Source: Podarcis cretensis
Taxonomy: Eukaryota
Assembly (NCBI GenBank): GCA_951804945.1
Contig: OX638154.1
Location: 34,410,001 to 34,474,000 of the forward strand
Length of the DNA stretch: 64,000 bases
Direction: 5' to 3'
Numbering within the stretch: position 1 is the first letter of the stretch; each line of letters opens with the position of its first letter. Made by a program: the position numbers and the translations under genes. Below the pieces are notes generated by a model that worked only from the letters and a program-made list of their open reading frames with translations, had not been told where the DNA came from and did no database searches. Below, piece after piece: positions 57,504 to 64,000 of this stretch.

Positions 57504-60500
57504 TAATTTTCAACTGTGAGAGTCATTTTATTTTATTTTTTTTAAAGCACAGGGCACTAAGCCCATAAGACAAAAACACTAAAAGGTTAGCAAACTCTGC
57601 AAACATTTTTGTGAGGGACACACAACACAGTATCCTTATCCCCCCCCCCATCTATGCTGTGACTATTAGGAAATCCTAATGCTGGTGTGCCTGGTTTATG
57701 CTTCATTAATTTAGTTCTTCAGAAGCTCACAATAATTATATTGCATAGGAGGACAGATCATAAATGGGGCAGCAGGGCCAGAAAAGAAACTGAATACTGC
57801 ATCAAAGGTTTCACTACTAAAAATGATAAAGTCCAACCTGTCAATAATTTAAAAGGCTTAATTGCTGAACATTCCAGCTGATTAAGCTGATATAGCTGAG
57901 CTGTGTCCCTGTTCTGCCAAGTCGCAAAGCGATCAAGCAGCCCAGAGAGCCTACTGACACTGCTTCAGTGTCCAACTCAGGTTTTTACCTTCCTTCCTCC
58001 AAGTGAGTTGCTGACAGCAAGAAAAGAGGTGAATGTACAGCAGGGAAAGAATGTAAATTGAAAAAGCAGTTCCTGGACAAGGGGTAAGCCAAAATGCAAC
58101 CACAGCACAAGAGGGATTGAGGCAGGATGCGTGCATATTTGCTTTGTCAACTCAAGGTGACTTTGGCTATAAAAAGAAGTTGTGGACAGATAAGGCATGT
58201 AATGCATGAAATGGATGTCATTTGAGAGAAGCAGACATGCTGAAAATGGCCTGTAATATTATGGCAGAACACCCAAAGTTGACGGACCACTCAAGGGCAC
58301 TACATTTATTTAGAAAAGGTAGTTCAGAAGAAAAATAGTAAATAAGATTATTGAGGATTTTCATAGTTTCACCACCTCACACAAATCAGTACTGCTGCTT
58401 TAGGGTTTCCAGAGCCGAACACTTCAGCAATCACACCTGAAGGATAAAATCCTGGTAACTACTGCATATTGGTTACATGTATCACAACAGTATTGTTCTT
58501 CTTACTAGGGGTGGTGTTGCGTTTGCCCCTCTGCATTCTCATTTTAATTCTTTAAGAGCTTTCAAATAATTACATTTTAATAAGACCTCTAGAGAGGCCA
58601 ATGGTGCAACTCATCCCCCGCAACTGAGGATCATGCTGTAAGATGGAGTGCAATTTCCACTTTTGAACCCCCCCCCCAAGTCGAAACAGATCTTGACTTC
58701 AAAGGATTATCACACTCAGTAAAAACATAAAGGACATAAATTGGAACCATCTCCAGCAAGGCAGGAAATGGCTTTCATCACTACTATGGTTTCAGGGGTG
58801 CAGCAGCTCCTGTTCTTGAAGCAGAAACATTTCTCCCCACCACCACTACCACCAAGAAATGAAGTTAGGTTCTAGGAAAATAAGCACCAGGGGGCAGAAA
58901 AAAGAACAGACACATTTTGGGAGCAGAAGTATTTGCATATTGTGTAAAACTATATAGTACAGTGAAGCCAGCTTAGTATTTTCAGGTCACCAGGGAAGCA
59001 CAAGACGTTGCCTCTGCCTTAACCAGAAAAACATGATCGTCAGAAAACAGCACTTCTTTATAGCAGATGTCCAAAAAAGGGGTGGCATGTCAAAGGCAAA
59101 TTCCTGCCCAGTCCAGCACCAGTCTGTATGTCTTTAGACAGAAAGCTCAAATGGTGGCGCAAGGAAACCAGAAGCTTGACAACTCCTCTCATGTACTTAC
59201 TTGTGCTATCAATCATCCTTCAAGCAATATTCTGGAGCCATGAAGTATGAATGAGTGGGAAGAAATGCAGTTATAAAAGTTTTGCCCAAAACTGCCATGA
59301 GATTTAAAATGCATACCTCATGACTAGGGCTGTGCACAGGAAAAAAAAATGGCCTTGGAACCCACCTCTCATTGGCTCGGACTGGGGGTTGCCTCAGCTT
59401 GGTGGCTTGGCTTAACATCGCAGTTCGCCTCGGATCCAAGGCAGAGGGTCGCCTCGCCTCATTTTCCGAAGCACCCGATGTCTTCCCCATTGACTACAAG
59501 GGGAAAATCAAGAAGACCTATATTTTGGCAGAATTGGATGACATTTCCATTGTAGTCTATTCTGAGGGGATGAAGCCTACCAAACCGAGGGTGGTGGTTC
59601 TTTTTTTTTTTTTTTTTAAAAAAAGAGGTGTCATGCCTGTCTCTGTGGTTTTGTGGGTGTAGAGGTGCCCTTGCACCAAAGTCACAGGAAGTGGAAAGCT
59701 GAAGAAGAAAGGGCTGATGTGAGCATGAGGCAAAACTTGTATGTGTAGCATTCCAAGTGAGCAGCAAGGCCCACAACACCCCCAGTCCTGGCATAAGAGG
59801 AAGGCAGGAAGAGAAACAGCAATGCATGCACCTTTACCAGCAAGCCTGATAAGAGGAAGGCAGGCAAGGGGGCTAGCAGACACTGGAGACAGTGAGAAAG
59901 AGACAGAGGAAGGAGCAAGGTGCATACTTCACAAGGCACATTCCTCGAATCAATATGGAGACACCATGCTGGAGCAGAGTGACTGCTTCGAGTTCGGAGC
60001 TGACATAGTGACTGAAAGAATGGCAGGCAGAGGCAGCAGAAGACAAAGGGAACACTGAGTTTAAATATTGATGTCTGTAAGACCTGGCATGTTCAGTGTG
60101 CCAATCGCCAAGCCCCACAAAACAATTATTGCATGAGGTAGAAAATATTCCAACAACTAGAGCATATATGCTGGGACCTGCACCAGTGCAGACTGTGCTG
60201 GAGTTAACACTTACCTCCCTGCCCCAAGCACCTAACACTGCTTGGGTTTCCTGGCAGTGATGCTGCTGAAGTCACCAGCCTCCCCACAACGTTTTCACTT
60301 ACAGGCCTATCCAGCAATGACACTGTAACGGGAAAGGAGCAGAGCAGAGCAGCTGTTTGGCTCCCAACATGCTACAGTGCTGTTGTCACTGGATAAGCCA
60401 GCAAGTGAATTGCGGTGGGAGAATAGTAGCCCATTACATTGTGGCTGCTGCTGTTGCTGCACATACATCCTGACTTGTGAACATGAGGGGGAAAGATGCA

Positions 60501-62249
60501 AAAAGGGTATTCTCCACCCCAAATCTAGAGTGGAGTCTGTCAGAGAAAGAATCAGCAAGCTGAAATGCCTTTACCAAGTGCACTAGAGAAATGAAGCAAC
60601 ATTTCCTTTGCTGGGATGCTCAGGTGGGGAATTCTTCCTATATCCCTCCCAAAAGTACTGTGATTGGAAGTAAAAGGAGGAGCCTGGTAAAATTTCCTAA
60701 CTGGAAGCTAGAGTGCTCAGTTGTAAAACTCCTCTTCTGCCTGCTTGCCTGCCTCCTCACTTGCCTGTCATCTTCTATTGATAAAGAGATTGAGGAAGGT
60801 TACAAAATTATATCAAACGCATTTGAAGCCCTCTGAGGTGATTCCAATGACTTGGGTGCCCACCTCAGATCCCAAGGGGGTCCCAGAGGTGGGGATCCTC
60901 AGCATAGATGAGGCACAAGTCTGAGGTGAATGCACATCTCCACTTATGACTTTTTTATACAAGTGTCAGCTGCACATTTTGACCTGCACAGTGTTTCAAA
61001 GTAAAAGAGAATCTGTATACCAAAGCGAATTTTATTTAACTTTAGCAGGAATGATTCTGCGAGATACTATAACCAGTGGAAGGCAAAAGTAAGTCTGACC
61101 CACTAGGCATTTTATATTTCAAGGCCAGAGACCTTAATGTATTACTGGCAGAAACAAAGCATACAAGCCTTAGTTACAATCAAACTGTGTACAGACACAC
61201 AGAGTGAACAGTCTGCTTGTAACAGTAAGCCAAACCATAGCTAAATGTGGATAAGCAAGTGTGCAGGGACACAGAGCAAAAATCACCACCACTTCTTTCC
61301 ACTCCTGCTTCTGTTGGTGCCACACTACCTGGAACTAAGCTGTTGTTTGGCTTAGTGTTATGTCTGAACGCAGGCTCACAGGTTGTTTTCTGCAAACAAA
61401 CCATGCACGGTAAGCCAAGAGGAACCTTGGCAACAGCTTGTGGTTTGTTTGGAGACATGGAAAAACTATAACTGACTGCATTTTCCCAGACAATGTACAG
61501 GCAGTGGCTTCTCTATGTCCATATTGCAATTTTACATGCAGGTGCTGTGCAATAACGGAATCTGTTGTATCTGTTTTCTTTTACCATTCATAACATTTAC
61601 TAATAGCTTTTCCATTTAGAAACCTAAAGCATTGGATGCATTTATACAGTAAGAACTAGTTTGGCAAAGACATGGTTTTTGGCATGTTGCAGCAGCAGTG
61701 GGTGCTTCTCTTAGGCAGCAATCATATATTACACACAATTAATCCCAGCTGAGCTCAGTGGGACCAACTTCTGAGTAGACATGCACAGTACTGCGTGGCC
61801 AGGGCTTGTGTCCACTTTTGCCTCTTACCCCTATGGCAAGAGCACCAAGAAAAAAATCCCTTCTTTCATCAGGAAAAGCCACTCTCCAAATTGTGTCTGA
61901 AGTGATGTCACTAAAGCAGGGGTGAACTTCTGTATACTTGGTGGCCACTGTATTTCTAACAGTTGGCTGGGGACTGAGAGCACACGTTGCTACATAAACT
62001 GATACCCTCACCCTGCTTCATAATAAAATGGTATCACCCTAAAGGAGTAAGAGCCTCAGAGTTATGAAGCATACAAACCCAGGAGGCATTTGCAAGGCAC
62101 TGCATACAAAATTCAAGAGAAAATGCAACATGAAACCGGAATGTTTATCTTGCAAGCTGGGAAACATTTCTATTTTCTGTGCAGGTGAAGTTTTGGGCAG
62201 ACTTTTTAGCACACTTTAAATTTTGGTATATCCACCAACTCCCTGTCAC

Positions 62250-63530
62250 CCAGCTCTACCTGATCAACTAATCCCCAAGAAGGCTGTGAAAGTCCTGAAC
62301 CATTGCCTGGATGCAGAGATGGATTGATGTGGGCAACAAACAGGCTCGATCCAAGCAAGACCAATGGTTCTTGTAGTCAGCAATCTTATCTGGACTACAG
62401 TCTGCTTTGGATGGGGATGTACTCTCTCCCACAACTTGTGTGCTTTAATGGATTTGGCATTGGTCCTCGATTATCCGGTTGCTGCTATGGCTAGGAATGC
62501 CTTTGACTGGTGCACTAGCTGTGTCCCTTCCTGCAGAAGATGGATCTAGCTATAGTGATGCATGCTTCAACCAGTTGCCATTTAGTTACTGCAGCATGAA
62601 CTGTGTGGGGCTGCCGGGTTTGGAAACTGTAAAAGGTAAAGGTAAAGGTACCCCTGCCCGTATGGGCCAGTCTTGACAGACTCTAGGGTTGTGCGCTCAT
62701 CTCACTCTAGAGGCCGGGAGCCAGCGCTGTCCGCAGACACTTCCGGGTCACGTGGCTAGCGTGACGAAGCTGCTCCAGCAAACCGGCACCAGAGCAGCAC
62801 ACGGAAACGCCGTTTACCTTCCCGCTATACAGCGGTACCTATTTATCTACTTGCACTTAAGGGTGCATTTGAACTGCTAGGTGGGCAGGAGCTGGGACCG
62901 AACGACGGGAGCTCACCCAGCTGCGGGGATTCGAACCGCCGACCATGCAATCGGCAAGTCCTAGGCACTGAGGTTTTACCCACAGCGCCACCCGCGTCCC
63001 AGTTTGGAAACTGTAGCTGGTGCAAAATACTGCAGCCAAATTGCTTTCTGATGTGCACGGCACAGACCACATTCACTCTGTTTTATACCAACTGCATTGG
63101 CTTCTGATATGCTTCTGGACACAAATCAAGGTGCTAACCTCTAAATCCTTAGATGACTTGAGGCCAGGATATCTGAAAAGCCATCTCTTCCCATAGGAGT
63201 GTACAGTCATCTTCTAATGCCCTGCAGCATGGTTCCACTGCCTAAAGAGGTGGCTATAGGAGACAGGGCCTTTTTTGTGGCAGTAACGAAATGGTGGTCC
63301 TCTCACCCAAGGGAGGTAAAAATGGCTTCTCTCTACTTATTTTCAGGGGGGCAGTAAAACGGTTTCCATTCTGCATGGCTCTGAATTTTTAGTATGCAGA
63401 GGTTTTAATGTGTTTTCTTATCTGTTCTTAATCTGGTTTATAGCCTAAATCTGTTTTTGTTTTTGAATACCATCATGAGAGCCCTGTAGGGATGAAAGGC
63501 GGCTTATAAATATTTTTATGAATAAATAAA
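62250..63530 (+). mobile_element. Old L2-clade LINE 3' part, interrupted by a Sauria SINE
   Basis: WATNRLDPSKT-like motif, LHWL-type region and a ggcggcttataaat...aataaataaa tail. Confidence 0.7.
62632..63001 (-). mobile_element. Young Sauria SINE nested in L2
   Basis: CpG-rich full-length copy with a (taaagg)n tail and a 14-bp TSD gtttggaaactgta (62618-62631 and 63002-63015). Confidence 0.92.
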
Positions 63531-63731
63531 TTCCCAATAGCTAGTAGTGGTGTGCATGCATGAATGGTTAATCTAAGACCAACATTTTAACAATGACTTA
63601 CACTATTCTAATATTTTCTGAGGGGCACCTGTTAATCTGTTGCAGCAAAAAACCCCAGCAGAGTCACGTGACAATCCAAAATTATGCTACTATGTACAGA
63701 AGGCAGAAAATAAATGAAGAATTGTTCATAC

Positions 63732-63782
63732 CTTCATCTCCTCTTCCATTTCTGAGAGCTTCCGCTCCAGAGCTCGTTTCTC
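63732..63782 (-). CDS. PPP1R12B: PPP1R12B (MYPT2) coiled-coil exon, 51 nt
   Basis: Minus strand reads ttttttaaacag|GAG...AAG|gtatga, encoding EKRALERKLSEMEEEMK, which matches the MYPT C-terminal coiled coil. Confidence 0.92.
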
Positions 63783-64000
63783 CTGTTTAAAAAATATTTT
63801 CACAATTACCATTTTTTGTGTAATTTTTCTACATGAAAATGTACGCTATGGCTGTATTTCCTTCAGTGAAGAAAAATGTATCATTAATAGCATTAATAAG
63901 GTTGTCAAACATCTCAAGACCTACACTAAGAACAAACAATGTCAAAAAACCTCTTCTTGGTGTGTTCCCACAGCTCATCTCCAACCTCTGCACCAGGGAT

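Overview
Vertebrate genomic DNA from a squamate, probably a lacertid lizard given its Sauria-type SINEs. Two scaffold gaps lie at 6877-7146 and 14162-14289. The + strand carries the complete coding region of synaptotagmin-2 (SYT2): 8 coding exons at 19186-35746, 431 aa (428 aa with the distal tandem acceptor), a long upstream intron and an inferred 3' UTR of about 5.3 kb. The - strand carries the convergent 3' end of PPP1R12B (MYPT2): a 51-nt coiled-coil exon, an alternative C-terminal exon (NLHQLKQ...) and the leucine-zipper last exon, with an inferred 3' UTR of about 5.9 kb. The rest is typical squamate repeats: Sauria and other SINEs, CR1, L2, L1, RTE, Penelope remnants, hAT, Tc1/mariner and palindromic MITEs, and a young solo LTR. 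I found no wholly new gene system. The best unexplained signal is a diverged direct duplication shared by the last SYT2 intron and the distal 3' UTR (88-bp ungapped core, 75/88 identical). Other leads are the splicing of the MYPT2 alternative exon (long AG-free zone, possible GC donor, stop close enough to the junction to escape NMD), changes in the SYT2 linker and luminal domain, a decayed Penelope hammerhead, and ORFs inside the solo LTR. Repeat boundaries are approximate unless target-site duplications (TSDs) are given.
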